Made by a program: the position numbers and the translations under genes
Notes under the pieces: model-generated
What the model was told of the DNA's origin: nothing
The model's input: the letters and a program-made list of their open reading frames with translations, nothing else
Databases searched by the model: none
Shown: piece by piece, positions 18,595 through 27,976 of the stretch
Layout: each line of letters opens with the position of its first letter
Position numbering within the stretch: the first letter of the stretch is position 1
From: Nitrosopumilus maritimus SCM1
GTDB lineage: Archaea > Thermoproteota > Nitrososphaeria > Nitrososphaerales > Nitrosopumilaceae
Direction: 5' to 3'
DNA length: 32,000 nt
Assembly (NCBI RefSeq): GCF_000018465.1
Contig: NC_010085.1
Span: forward strand, 1,110,001 to 1,142,000

Positions 18595-20630
18595 ATTGCA
18601 AGTATTGCTACAAATGCAGATACAAACACTATTGCAATTGTATTAAGTAGTTTGATTACTGTGTTAAGAGCTGGACCTGCAGTGTCTTTGTATGGGTCAC
18701 CAATGATATCACCAACGACTGCTACTTTGTGTACTTCAGAACCTTTCTCACCTTTCATTTCAACAAGTTTCTTTGCGTTATCCCATGCACCACCAGTGTT
18801 AGCCAAGTGATAAGCAAGGAGAATGCCAGTTACAACAGAACCCATAAGTAATCCAGCCACGGCAGTTGGACCTAATATTATACCAAGAATAATTGGAGCT
18901 ATAATTGCAACAATTGCTGGTTTCCAAAGTTCACGGATAGAAGCAACAGTTGCAATATCTACACACTTTGCATAATCAGGTTTTGATTTACCAGTTAAAA
19001 TTTCAGGATCAGATTTGAATTGACGTCTAACCTCATCTACCATCTTTCCAGCAGCACGAGATACACCGTTAATTAACTGACCAGTGATGATGAATGGAAT
19101 TAATCCACCCACCAAAAGACCAACAATGATTGCAGGATTTGTTAAACTATAATCTAAATCTAATACGCCTTCAAAGATATGTGCTGCTTCAAATTGGAAT
19201 GCTTGAATCATTGCTAATGCAGCTAATGCAGCACTGGCAATAGCAAATCCTTTTGTAACTGCTTTAGTTGTATTTCCAACAGCATCAATTTCATCTGTAA
19301 CTTTACGATTTTCTTCTCCCATTCCAGTCATCTCAACAATACCGCCTGCATTATCAGCAATTGGACCAAATGCATCTATACTTAGAACAATTCCTGCAAG
19401 ACTCAACATTGCCATAGCAGTTAGAGAAGTTCCAAATATGCCATATAGTACTGGGTCTGCACCTTCAGGAGCTGCTGCAGCTGCGATGCTATAAGATATG
19501 ATAATTGCAACAACTAATGCAATCATGAATGGCCCAGTTGATTGCATGCCTTTGATAATTCCCATCAAGGTTAATGATGCATATCCCCATTTTGCAGAGT
19601 CTGCAATTTCATTAACAGGACCGTGTTGGTAACTAGTATATCTATCAGTAATTTTTTGAATCACAGGAACCAAAATTACTCCAATTACGGTAGTTCCAAA
19701 CAAAGCATATGCTGCTTGGTTTTGTTCAATGAATTGAGTGATAAACACATAGTTTAATGCGATTGCAATTGCTGCTGAAACATAAAACGAACGATTAAGC
19801 GGTTTCATTACATCCGTAACACCTTTTGAACCTACAATAACAACACCAATGATTGATGCAATCATTCCAGATGAACCGACTAAGATTGGATAAAGGAAAT
19901 AGTTTGGTGCACCAATTAATGCTGCAATTAGTAATGCTGCCAAAATTGTAACAATATAAGATTCGTAAACATCAGAACCCATTCCAGCTGCATCTCCAAC
20001 GTTATCTCCTACGTTGTCTGCAATAGTTGCAGGGTTTCTAGGATCATCTTCAGGAATATTTGCTTCAACTTTTCCTACCAAGTCTGCTCCCATATCCGCA
20101 GCTTTTGTGAAGATACCACCACCAATTCTGATAAATAATGCAATAAGACTTGCTCCAATTCCAACACCTGCAATTGTAATTGGGTCTGGATAAATTACAT
20201 ACAAACCAGCAATTGCCATTAATGCCATTGCAGGTACTGCAAGACCAACGGTTGCACCGCCTCTAAAGGCCATGGCAAATGTTTTTCCTAGTCCGTCATT
20301 GCTTAGATGTGCAGCTCTTACTGCTGCTTTTACTGTAATTTTTAATGAGATAATTCCTGCAACAGCCGATAATGCTGCGCCAACTGCAAATGCAAGACCG
20401 TTTGAAGGAGTAAGGAATGCTCCAATAATTACAGTTAATGCAATTGCAACAGGAATGATAATTTTCATCTCTCTTTTCAGAAATGCTGCAGCGCCAACTT
20501 TGACAGCATTTGAGATATCCATCATCTCTTTTGTTCCAGCAGGTTGCTTTGAAATCCAAGCAACTAATCCACCAGCAACTAAAAATGATGCAATTCCTGC
20601 GATAAATGGCAGAATCTCAGAGATTTCCAT
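18591..20630 (-). CDS. hppA: Membrane-bound proton-translocating pyrophosphatase
   Basis: GADLVGKVEANIPEDDPRNPATIADNVGDNVGDAAGMGSD; GPIADNAGGIVEM; GNTTKAVTKG; DPYKDTAGPALN. Likely start at MEISEILPF (20630); the track ORF extends to 20669. Confidence 0.95.
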   Translation of the reverse strand: MEISEILPFIAGIASFLVAGGLVAWISKQPAGTKEMMDISNAVKVGAAAFLKREMKIIIPVAIALTVIIGAFLTPSNGLAFAVGAALSAVAGIISLKITVKAAVRAAHLSNDGLGKTFAMAFRGGATVGLAVPAMALMAIAGLYVIYPDPITIAGVGIGASLIALFIRIGGGIFTKAADMGADLVGKVEANIPEDDPRNPATIADNVGDNVGDAAGMGSDVYESYIVTILAALLIAALIGAPNYFLYPILVGSSGMIASIIGVVIVGSKGVTDVMKPLNRSFYVSAAIAIALNYVFITQFIEQNQAAYALFGTTVIGVILVPVIQKITDRYTSYQHGPVNEIADSAKWGYASLTLMGIIKGMQSTGPFMIALVVAIIISYSIAAAAAPEGADPVLYGIFGTSLTAMAMLSLAGIVLSIDAFGPIADNAGGIVEMTGMGEENRKVTDEIDAVGNTTKAVTKGFAIASAALAALAMIQAFQFEAAHIFEGVLDLDYSLTNPAIIVGLLVGGLIPFIITGQLINGVSRAAGKMVDEVRRQFKSDPEILTGKSKPDYAKCVDIATVASIRELWKPAIVAIIAPIILGIILGPTAVAGLLMGSVVTGILLAYHLANTGGAWDNAKKLVEMKGEKGSEVHKVAVVGDIIGDPYKDTAGPALNTVIKLLNTIAIVFVSAFVAILAI

Positions 20631-20665
20631 GTTATACTCGCATGCCCAAGTCTGGGAAATATAAA

Positions 20666-21043
20666 TCAAATAGCGTGGGCTTTGGTTCTTTTTCTATATG
20701 GCAAAAATGATTTGCCACGCAAGCCCTGTCTTACTAGCTTGTTGAATCTCTTACCATGTGCAAGGTAAGGGAATCGCATATGGATCAACTCATGAACAAT
20801 TGTATTCTCAAGAGTTTTCTCATCAGGGATCTTTCTAACATTTATGAAAACTAGATTATGTTGAAGATAAGATACACCATAGTACTTGTAAGCAGAAGTA
20901 CGTCTTCCTTCAGTCATCTCTTTTGGGGCATCAAGAACTTCTTTTGTTGTTAATAGAATGGTTGGTTCGGGTATTGAGAATCGATTAGAGTAGATTCCAA
21001 CTTTTTCTAGAATTTGTAATTTCAGTTCAGGGTCAAGCTTCAC
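20666..21043 (-). CDS. SprT-like zinc metallopeptidase
   Basis: 125 aa, NTIVHELIHMRFPYLAHGKRFNKLV (HExxH). Confidence 0.7.
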   Translation of the reverse strand: MKLDPELKLQILEKVGIYSNRFSIPEPTILLTTKEVLDAPKEMTEGRRTSAYKYYGVSYLQHNLVFINVRKIPDEKTLENTIVHELIHMRFPYLAHGKRFNKLVRQGLRGKSFLPYRKRTKAHAI

Positions 21044-21194
21044 ACAATCCAGTCTTGTAATCTGTGTTTATCTTGGAATGTCAATTCTTGTAAGAAATTT
21101 GGTTGATTTTCATTCTTCAAAATTAGGAATTAATAGGGTCAGAGGTTTTAGTAGTGTAATCATTAGTCATACAGCCACCGTCTCATCATACCCT

Positions 21195-21689
21195 TTATTC
21201 CATTAAATCAAGTAGACTTTGTACTTTATTTCTAATTTCTGAGGTAATTTTGACTATTACTAGTCCTTCATTAGGTTGACCATACATCACAACAGAATTT
21301 TCAGGTGCATGTATGCATACAGGCAATACCAAGAGGTCTTCTTCACCAGTAACAAGAATTCTTACTGGAGATTCCATCGAGAATGCCTTTTTGATAACAT
21401 CAATGCTTTGGGAAGTGATTTCTGCAGGAGGGTTGTCAACTGTAATCTCAGTTGTGTTTACAAGTTTTGGAGGTTCTCTCTTTTCTCTTTTTTCAATACC
21501 ATCTACGATTTGTAGTGATGGAATCAAGTCAAAATCAATCATCTTTTCAGTAGTTCTATCACCAACTGTAATGATGTAGGAGTTTTCTTCAAGATGTTTT
21601 AGAATATTTTCTTTGTCTGCCTGATTTTCAGACAAAAGAATGCCCAAAGGGATTTTCATTTGTTCCCTAAGAGAATCAGGTAACTTCAC
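21195..21689 (-). CDS. GTP-dependent dephospho-CoA kinase (DUF359)
   Basis: 164 aa, MKLPDSLREQMKIPLGILL...YIITVGDRTTEKMIDFDLIPSLQIVDGIEKR...VTGEEDLLVLPVCIHAPENSVVMYGQPNEGLVIVKI. Confidence 0.85.
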   Translation of the reverse strand: MKLPDSLREQMKIPLGILLSENQADKENILKHLEENSYIITVGDRTTEKMIDFDLIPSLQIVDGIEKREKREPPKLVNTTEITVDNPPAEITSQSIDVIKKAFSMESPVRILVTGEEDLLVLPVCIHAPENSVVMYGQPNEGLVIVKITSEIRNKVQSLLDLME

Positions 21690-21700
21690 AAAAATCGATT

Positions 21701-22861
21701 CTAGTTTGTACTTGCCTCTGGAGCAGATTCTTCATTAGAGCCTTCAGACTCCATCTCTTCTTGAAGTTTTGCTGCAAGAATACTACATTGTGCTGCAATG
21801 TTTTTGGCAGCAATTCTAAATGCATCAGCACTTGGAGAATCAGGATTTGTAATCATGATTGGTTTTCCTATATCAGAACCAGACATGATTCCAGAGTTTA
21901 ATGGAATTTCACCTAAGAAAGGCATGTTGTGTTGTTCACTAATTTTCTTTGCACCACCATCACCAAAGATGTAATGTCTTTCATCACAATTTGGACATAT
22001 GAAATGACTCATGTTTTCAACAACACCAATGATTGGAACGTTTAGTTTTTCAAACATGCCGATTGCTTTTACTGCGACATTACTTGCAACATCTTGAGGA
22101 GTAGTAACTACTAGAATTCCAGTAATAGGAATTGTTTGTGCAAGAGTTAATGGAATATCACCAGTTCCTGGAGGAAGATCTACAATAAGATAATCCAAAT
22201 CAGACCAGTTTGTGTCAACTAAGAATTGTTTTAGAATACCAGATATAATTGGGCCACGGTAAATTGCGGCTTGGTGTGCTTGTTCTGCAAAGAAACCAAA
22301 TGAAACAACTTTGAGACCATTTGATTCTGCTGGTTGAAGTTTGTTATCTTCAACTTCCATAAATCCATCTTTCATTCCAAGCATTAACGGAATACTTGGG
22401 CCATAGATATCAGCATCAAGTAATCCAACTTTTGCACCTGTTTGTTGTAGTGCCAAAGCTAAATTGAGAGATACTGTTGATTTGCCTACACCACCTTTTC
22501 CACTTGCGACACCAATAATATTTTTGACTGTAGCCATTCCAGTGTCTGCATCAAGTGAGCGTCCCTCCATTACCTTTGCAGTTACATTCATGTCAAAGTT
22601 TTTCAATTCAGTAAGTTCGCCAATTGCTTTTCTTACATCATCTTCAATTTCGACATTGAAAGGACACGCAGGAGTAGTTAATTCTAGTGTAAATTTCAAG
22701 TTGTTATCATTAAGTTCTAAATCTTTGATCATTCCCATTGATACAATGTCTTTTTTCAAGTCAGGATCAATTACTGTACTAAGTTTTTCAAGGACTTGAT
22801 CTATGCCAACCATTGCGTCAAAAAGCCCTTCTACATTATTTAAACATAAGTTGGGGACCAA
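21701..22861 (-). CDS. apbC: Mrp/NBP35 (ApbC-like) iron-sulfur carrier P-loop ATPase
   Basis: 386 aa, N-terminal MIP18/DUF59 domain; VASGKGGVGKSTVSLNLALALQQ; HFICPNCDERHYIFG. Confidence 0.93.
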   Translation of the reverse strand: MVPNLCLNNVEGLFDAMVGIDQVLEKLSTVIDPDLKKDIVSMGMIKDLELNDNNLKFTLELTTPACPFNVEIEDDVRKAIGELTELKNFDMNVTAKVMEGRSLDADTGMATVKNIIGVASGKGGVGKSTVSLNLALALQQTGAKVGLLDADIYGPSIPLMLGMKDGFMEVEDNKLQPAESNGLKVVSFGFFAEQAHQAAIYRGPIISGILKQFLVDTNWSDLDYLIVDLPPGTGDIPLTLAQTIPITGILVVTTPQDVASNVAVKAIGMFEKLNVPIIGVVENMSHFICPNCDERHYIFGDGGAKKISEQHNMPFLGEIPLNSGIMSGSDIGKPIMITNPDSPSADAFRIAAKNIAAQCSILAAKLQEEMESEGSNEESAPEASTN

Positions 22862-22961
22862 AAGAAATTGGCATTATTTTCTAAAATTAGTAAAATCTTT
22901 GGAAAAATGTGCCTAAATTACCCAAAGATTCATAAATTGAAATTCAAGAAAAACAGCACAG

Positions 22962-23558
22962 TTGTTTTCTATATCTACTCTAGTTGATGTTGTCAGGATT
23001 CCTCCAAGCTTGTTTGGAACCACACTCAAAAAGGCAGCAGTAAACATTCTCAAAGAAAAGTACGAGAGTATGATTAATGCAGATTTAGGTTACATCATTA
23101 TGATTTTAGATGCTAAAGTTGATGAAATGGGAAAGATGATTGCCGGAGACGGAGGAACATTCCACAGAGTTCAATTTGAAGCATTAACATTTTATCCAAA
23201 ATTACAAGAAATTGTACAAGGAGAAATTGTAGACATTACTGACTTTGGTGCATTTGTAAGAATTGGTCCTACAGATGCATTACTTCACTTGTCACAAGTT
23301 ATGGATGATTATCTAAAGAGTGATGTAAAATCTGGAATGATTTTAGCTAATCAAAGTGGAAGAACATTAAAAGTTGGTTCAACACTTCGTGCAAGAATCA
23401 CTGCAGTTTCATTAGGTAAAGCAGCTGCAATGGGAAAGATTGGAATTACATGCAGACAGCCATTCCTAGGTGCAGATGAATGGATTGAAGAAGAGATTAA
23501 GAAATCTTCTGGCGGTGCAGAAGAACCAGCAAAAGAAGCTAAAGTAGAGGCAAGTTAA
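22962..23558 (+). CDS. rpo7: DNA-directed RNA polymerase subunit Rpo7 (E')
   Basis: TLVDVVRIPPSLFGTTLKKAA...VQGEIVDITDFGAFVRIGPTDALLHLSQVMDDYL (S1 domain). Confidence 0.93.
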   Translation: MFSISTLVDVVRIPPSLFGTTLKKAAVNILKEKYESMINADLGYIIMILDAKVDEMGKMIAGDGGTFHRVQFEALTFYPKLQEIVQGEIVDITDFGAFVRIGPTDALLHLSQVMDDYLKSDVKSGMILANQSGRTLKVGSTLRARITAVSLGKAAAMGKIGITCRQPFLGADEWIEEEIKKSSGGAEEPAKEAKVEAS

Positions 23559-23559
23559 G

Positions 23560-23748
23560 ATGGCACGAGAAATGGCATGCAGAAAATGCAAGTATGTAAC
23601 TGTTGGAAAAGTTTGTCCAGTATGCAAATCATCAGATTTAACACCAGATTGGAGTGGAGTTGTATTAGTGGTAGATCCAACAAACTCTGAGATTTCAAAA
23701 ACTCTTGGAATTACTCAGAAAGGCAAGTATGCAATTAAAGTAACATAA
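23560..23748 (+). CDS. spt4: Spt4 / RpoE'' transcription elongation factor
   Basis: 62 aa, MACRKCKYVTVGKVCPVCKSSDLTPDWSGVVLVVDPTNSEISKTLGITQKGKYAIKV, directly after rpo7. Confidence 0.92.
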   Translation: MAREMACRKCKYVTVGKVCPVCKSSDLTPDWSGVVLVVDPTNSEISKTLGITQKGKYAIKVT

Positions 23749-23787
23749 AATTTCTAAATATTTAAAATCAAACTTCGTTTTATCATA

Positions 23788-24606
23788 ATGTTGTCATTTA
23801 ATTCTAAAAAGCAGTTGTCACAATTTCTAGCTGAAGATATTGGTAAAGGAGACATTACAAGTGCATTATTACCTAAAAAGAAAATTACAGTTAGGATAAT
23901 TTCAAGAGAAAGTGCAATAGTAGGTGGAGCTGCACATGCAAGACAGATTTTCAAAATTAAAGGATGTAATGCAAGAATATTGAAGAAAGATGGTTCGAAG
24001 GTACGTCCAAATGAAACAATAATGACCATTTCGGGGGATGCAGGAAAGATTTTGACATGTGAAAGAACTGCACTTAATCTTTTAACAAGAATGAGTGGAA
24101 TTGCAACGCAGACAAACGAACTTGTAAAAAAAATTCCAAAGAAAACTAAACTCTATGCTACAAGAAAAACTGCACCAGGATTACGATACTTTGACAAAGA
24201 AGCAGTGGAGATAGGAGGAGGTAAAAAACACAGATTACGACTAGATGAAATGGTCATGATAAAAGATAATCACATTGCAGTAGGTAGTTCACTTGAATCA
24301 TTAATCAAAAAAGCAAAAAAGAAACATAGAAAGTTTGAAGTTGAAGTTGAAAATACACCTGATGCAGTTCTTGCTGCAAAAGAAGGTGCAACAATTATCA
24401 TGTTAGATAATTTTACTCCGAATCAAATTAGAAAAACAATCGCAGTTCTTAAGAATCAAAAATTACGAAAAAAAGTTTTGCTTGAAGCATCAGGGGGGAT
24501 TAATTCAAAAAATATTTCCAAATACGGACAAACAGGAGTAGACATTATTTCAGTGGGAAGTATTACAAATTCCGTAAAAGGAATTGATGTAAGTTTAGAA
24601 ATTTAG
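23788..24606 (+). CDS. nadC: Nicotinate-nucleotide pyrophosphorylase (QPRTase)
   Basis: 272 aa, EDIGKGDITSALLP, ERTALNLLTRMSGIAT, TRKTAPGLRYFDKEAVEIGGGKKHRLRLDEMVMIKDNHI. Confidence 0.95.
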   Translation: MLSFNSKKQLSQFLAEDIGKGDITSALLPKKKITVRIISRESAIVGGAAHARQIFKIKGCNARILKKDGSKVRPNETIMTISGDAGKILTCERTALNLLTRMSGIATQTNELVKKIPKKTKLYATRKTAPGLRYFDKEAVEIGGGKKHRLRLDEMVMIKDNHIAVGSSLESLIKKAKKKHRKFEVEVENTPDAVLAAKEGATIIMLDNFTPNQIRKTIAVLKNQKLRKKVLLEASGGINSKNISKYGQTGVDIISVGSITNSVKGIDVSLEI

Positions 24607-25004
24607 GAATTTAATTGAGATAATAATTCAGAAGCTGCTTTATTTTTAGGATCTACTTCTTGGATTTTTTCACAACATTGAATTGCACGTTTGTTTTCAC
24701 CTAGTTTTTGATGTGAATATGCTTTCAAAAGTAAGACATCAACATCATACGAACCAATTTCAAGTGCTTGATCAAAATGAGAAATAGCAGTTTTGTATTT
24801 TTTCTTCAGATAATAGATTCCGCCTACAGTAAACAAGGCATCGTGGTTGTTTGGAACCATCCTAAGATATTCTGTACCTAATTTTAGAGCATCATCATAC
24901 TTTTTTTGCTTGGCAAGTTTCTTGAATTCTTTGAATTTTTCTTGATTTCTTTTTTGATTAGGATCTTTTGGAGTTCTACTAAATAATCCAACCAAAACAG
25001 TCAC
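24603..25004 (-). CDS. TPR-repeat protein
   Basis: 133 aa, YDDALKLGTEYLRMVPNNHDALFTVGGIYYLKKKYKTAISHFDQALEIGSYDVDVLLLKAYSHQKLGE. Confidence 0.85.
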   Translation of the reverse strand: MTVLVGLFSRTPKDPNQKRNQEKFKEFKKLAKQKKYDDALKLGTEYLRMVPNNHDALFTVGGIYYLKKKYKTAISHFDQALEIGSYDVDVLLLKAYSHQKLGENKRAIQCCEKIQEVDPKNKAASELLSQLNS

Positions 25005-25008
25005 ACAA

Positions 25009-25965
25009 TTAGCTTATTGCAAGCATTCTATCAATTGCTAAACGTGCCTTGTCTGCAATATCTTTTGGAACTGTCACGATATTTTTTTCATTTACGAGTG
25101 CATCGTGTACTTTTTCAAGTGTAATCATTTTCATGTATTGACATTCAGCTTTTTCTGAAGCTGGGATGAATTTCTTATCAGGATTTTGTTGTCGCATTCT
25201 ATACAAAATTCCAGTTTCAGTTGCTACAACAAAGTTTTTAGCTTTTGATTCTTTAACATGATTTAACATTCCTTCAGTTGAAAGAATTGAAACTTTTTGG
25301 TTATCAAAACTTCCATCAGCAACATCATACATCATGGGAGTAGTACAACTACATTCAGGATGAATTACAAATTCTGCATCTTTCATTGAATCTAGTTTTT
25401 TAGTAACATCTTCAGGAGTGATTCCTGCATGGACATGACATTCACCTGCCCATATGTGCATATTTTTTCTACCAGTCATTTTTGCAACATAAGAACCCAA
25501 GAACATGTCTGGTAAAAACAAAATTTCCTTGTCTTCAGGAATTGCTTTAACAACATTTACTGCATTTGATGATGTACAACAATAATCAAGTTCTGCTTTT
25601 ATTTCTGCAGTGGTGTTAACATATCCAACTGCAATTGCTCCAGGATGTTGTTTTTTCCAATTTCTTAATTCATCAACAGTGATTGAATCAGATAGTGAGC
25701 ATCCTGCTTCCAAGTCAGGTAAAATTACCTTTTTTTGAGGACTGATAATTGCAGCAGTTTCAGCCATAAAGTTCACACCACAAAAAAGAATTGTCTTTTG
25801 TGGAACTTTGGCTGCTTGTCTTGATAATCCTAATGAATCACCTGTAAAATCTGCCACATCTTGAACTTCAGGAATTTGATAATTATGTGCAAGTATAACC
25901 ACGTCTTTTTCCTTCTTGAGACGTTCAATCTCTTCTTTGAGTTTTGAGGTTTGTTGTACGAGCAT
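25009..25965 (-). CDS. nadA: Quinolinate synthase
   Basis: 318 aa, VVILAHNYQIPEVQDVADFTGDSLGLSRQAA, LEAGCSLSDSI, VHPECSCTTPMMY. Confidence 0.95.
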   Translation of the reverse strand: MLVQQTSKLKEEIERLKKEKDVVILAHNYQIPEVQDVADFTGDSLGLSRQAAKVPQKTILFCGVNFMAETAAIISPQKKVILPDLEAGCSLSDSITVDELRNWKKQHPGAIAVGYVNTTAEIKAELDYCCTSSNAVNVVKAIPEDKEILFLPDMFLGSYVAKMTGRKNMHIWAGECHVHAGITPEDVTKKLDSMKDAEFVIHPECSCTTPMMYDVADGSFDNQKVSILSTEGMLNHVKESKAKNFVVATETGILYRMRQQNPDKKFIPASEKAECQYMKMITLEKVHDALVNEKNIVTVPKDIADKARLAIDRMLAIS

Positions 25966-25993
25966 AAACCATAGAAAATTTGAGTGGTGGGGA

Positions 25994-25999
25994 TTTAAA
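25994..25999 (-). promoter_or_regulatory. Candidate TATA box for nadA, consistent with a leaderless transcript
   Basis: TTTAAA (minus strand reads CTTTAAATCC) lies about 30 nt upstream of the nadA start at 25965. Confidence 0.35.
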
Positions 26000-26031
26000 G
26001 AATGGGATCGCGCCTAGAATTTTCACATATG

Positions 26032-26070
26032 TTGGCAATAGTGGCAATTATTGCCATGTTATGTGCCAAT
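26032..26070. promoter_or_regulatory. Nested inverted repeats, candidate operator or hairpin between nadX and nadA
   Basis: TTGGCAAT...TGGCAAT-T-ATTGCCA (26042-26056, perfect)...TGCCAAT (26064-26070). Confidence 0.4.
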
Positions 26071-26877
26071 TTGAATATCATCTGAACAGTATTTTTTCAG
26101 AGTTTCAATTGCAGACAAGATTGCCAATCTACTTGTCTTTGGATTATTTGAATCAGGAACATTTTCTATTGTAAAGGTCATCGTTCCGAACTTTCCTGAA
26201 GCCTCAATGTGGTGTGTGTTCTTGTCAGTATTTGGATCTGCAACAATTGTTACACTAGTTTTTTCACTACCAATTCCAGTTAGTGACAATAGTGCTGCAA
26301 CGTTGATGTTTGCAGGAAATAGTGTAACAGCTTCTTTTGCAGTTCCTTTATACACGACAGTTGAAGAAGTAATTTCATCCAAGTTAATGTCAGAAGTCTC
26401 AAAGAATTTTGCACCTTTCAGAGAACGTGGATGTTTTGTTGTTGTGATAGATATGGATTCAAGTTCGTCTTTGACTGATTTTAATCCATCCAATCCTGCA
26501 ATTGCACCAGAAGGAAGATAGATTGTTTTTTTAAAATCATTACATGCATCAGATAAAATATCATAAATTGATTCATCAAGTAACGCACCAACACTCATTA
26601 TCATCAAGTCTTTTTTGTTTTGTATAACACTTAGTGCAACATCTTTTACTGCATTTTGTGATGCCGCCTCTACAACAATATCGATTGGTTGAGAAGATAA
26701 GAGATGAGAATTTTCAACGATTTCTGGTTTGTTTTTTAGTTTTTGAGTAAGGGAGAAGGATGCATCTTTTGATTCATCATATACATGGGTAAGAGTAGCA
26801 GGGAAATTTTCTGAATCAATTGCAAGAGCAATTTGAGTTCCCATTGAACCGCATCCAAGAAGAGCTATTCGTTTCAA
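26059..26877 (-). CDS. nadX: L-aspartate dehydrogenase
   Basis: 272 aa, MKRIALLGCGSMGTQIALAID...VEAASQNAVKD...SGAIAGLDGLKS...PANINVAALLSLTGIGSEKTSVTIVADP. Confidence 0.92.
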   Translation of the reverse strand: MKRIALLGCGSMGTQIALAIDSENFPATLTHVYDESKDASFSLTQKLKNKPEIVENSHLLSSQPIDIVVEAASQNAVKDVALSVIQNKKDLMIMSVGALLDESIYDILSDACNDFKKTIYLPSGAIAGLDGLKSVKDELESISITTTKHPRSLKGAKFFETSDINLDEITSSTVVYKGTAKEAVTLFPANINVAALLSLTGIGSEKTSVTIVADPNTDKNTHHIEASGKFGTMTFTIENVPDSNNPKTSRLAILSAIETLKKYCSDDIQIGT

Positions 26878-26957
26878 ACAGATTATCTAGGAATCATCAC
26901 TTAATTAATTCTAGGCAAACTAGTTCCAAAAGAGAATAATTCATCATCAAGTTATTT

Positions 26958-27911
26958 ATGCAAAGAAACTCAAAAAAACCCATGAAATTATTTCAAGTTT
27001 TGATAATTTTTACAGTATTTTTAGTTGCTATTCAACCAGCATTAGCAGATATAGAATCACCAAAAAAACAAATGAAATTAGGGGTATTGCCTGAAAAAAT
27101 CACTTGTAATGAAGGATTAGTTTTGATGTTAAAAACATCAGGAATGCCTGCATGTGTAAAATCAGCTACGGCTGAAAAATTAGAAGAAAGAGGTTGGAAA
27201 CAAATCATTCAAAAGTTTGAGAAAGCAGAAAAAGAGATTGAGACCATACCTGCATCCCAAAGTACCACAGTGAATTTTTACATTTCAGACGATGATCTGA
27301 ATACAAGCCATAGTGGTGTTGATGTCGTAAATATAGAAGATCTTTTTGAGTTCACAATAAACGGAGTTCCAATACAAGGACCAGAGACAATGATAGAAAC
27401 AGGCACAGATACAGGGAAATTTTATTTGAAATTAGATTTGCCTGATACAGTCAAACAAGATGATGTTGTTTTAATCAGATATCTAGATCAATCAGATTAT
27501 TCAGGAGAGAAGAGAGTATTAACAAAATCAATTGCATTAACCAAAACATTTGCCAAAGTAGAAACATCTGGAGAAAATTCTAGAATAGGTCATGAATTTA
27601 CATTAAGAATCTATGAACCTGATGCAAATAGGGATTCAAAAGATGAGGATAAAATATCTCTCAGTTCATTTGAATATAGGGGAGATGGAGGGATTAGAAC
27701 CACCTTAGCCAATCCAAAATTTGATGCAAATTCTTGGGCATTAATTGAAACAGGCCCAAACACAAGTACGTTTGAAGTAAAGATCAAAATTCCAAGAGAA
27801 TTGGATGGAAAAACAATCCACATTGGAGACAAGTATGAAATTAGATACATTGACAGAAGCACACCATCAGAAACAGAAGAGAAAATAATTTTCAAAGGCA
27901 GGATTGGATGA
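26958..27911 (+). CDS. Secreted/exported protein with signal sequence and Ig-like beta-rich region
   Basis: 317 aa, N-terminal hydrophobic segment LFQVLIIFTVFLVAIQPALA, then KLGVLPEKITCNEGLVLMLKTSGMPACVKSATAEKLEERGW. Confidence 0.75.
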   Translation: MQRNSKKPMKLFQVLIIFTVFLVAIQPALADIESPKKQMKLGVLPEKITCNEGLVLMLKTSGMPACVKSATAEKLEERGWKQIIQKFEKAEKEIETIPASQSTTVNFYISDDDLNTSHSGVDVVNIEDLFEFTINGVPIQGPETMIETGTDTGKFYLKLDLPDTVKQDDVVLIRYLDQSDYSGEKRVLTKSIALTKTFAKVETSGENSRIGHEFTLRIYEPDANRDSKDEDKISLSSFEYRGDGGIRTTLANPKFDANSWALIETGPNTSTFEVKIKIPRELDGKTIHIGDKYEIRYIDRSTPSETEEKIIFKGRIG

Positions 27912-27976
27912 ATGGATCAGTTTTGTCAAGGTTCAGTATAACCTAAAGATTTTATTCAAACCAACGAACTAGTGTT

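Noticed and set aside
20272-20664. 130-aa plus-strand ORF opposite hppA (and 20296-20559 minus)
   Set aside because: Overlaps the unambiguous pyrophosphatase coding frame and has a low-complexity Ala/Thr/Ile sequence.
21044-21194. Possible structured RNA in the gap between the SprT-like gene and the DUF359 gene
   Set aside because: No convincing tRNA or C/D-box layout by eye. Would need Infernal/Rfam.
22464-22799. 111-aa plus-strand ORF opposite apbC
   Set aside because: Antisense of a clear Mrp/NBP35 gene, composition artefact.
26207-26521. 104-aa plus-strand ORF opposite nadX, and 27611-27895 minus opposite the exported protein
   Set aside because: Shadow ORFs of well-supported genes.
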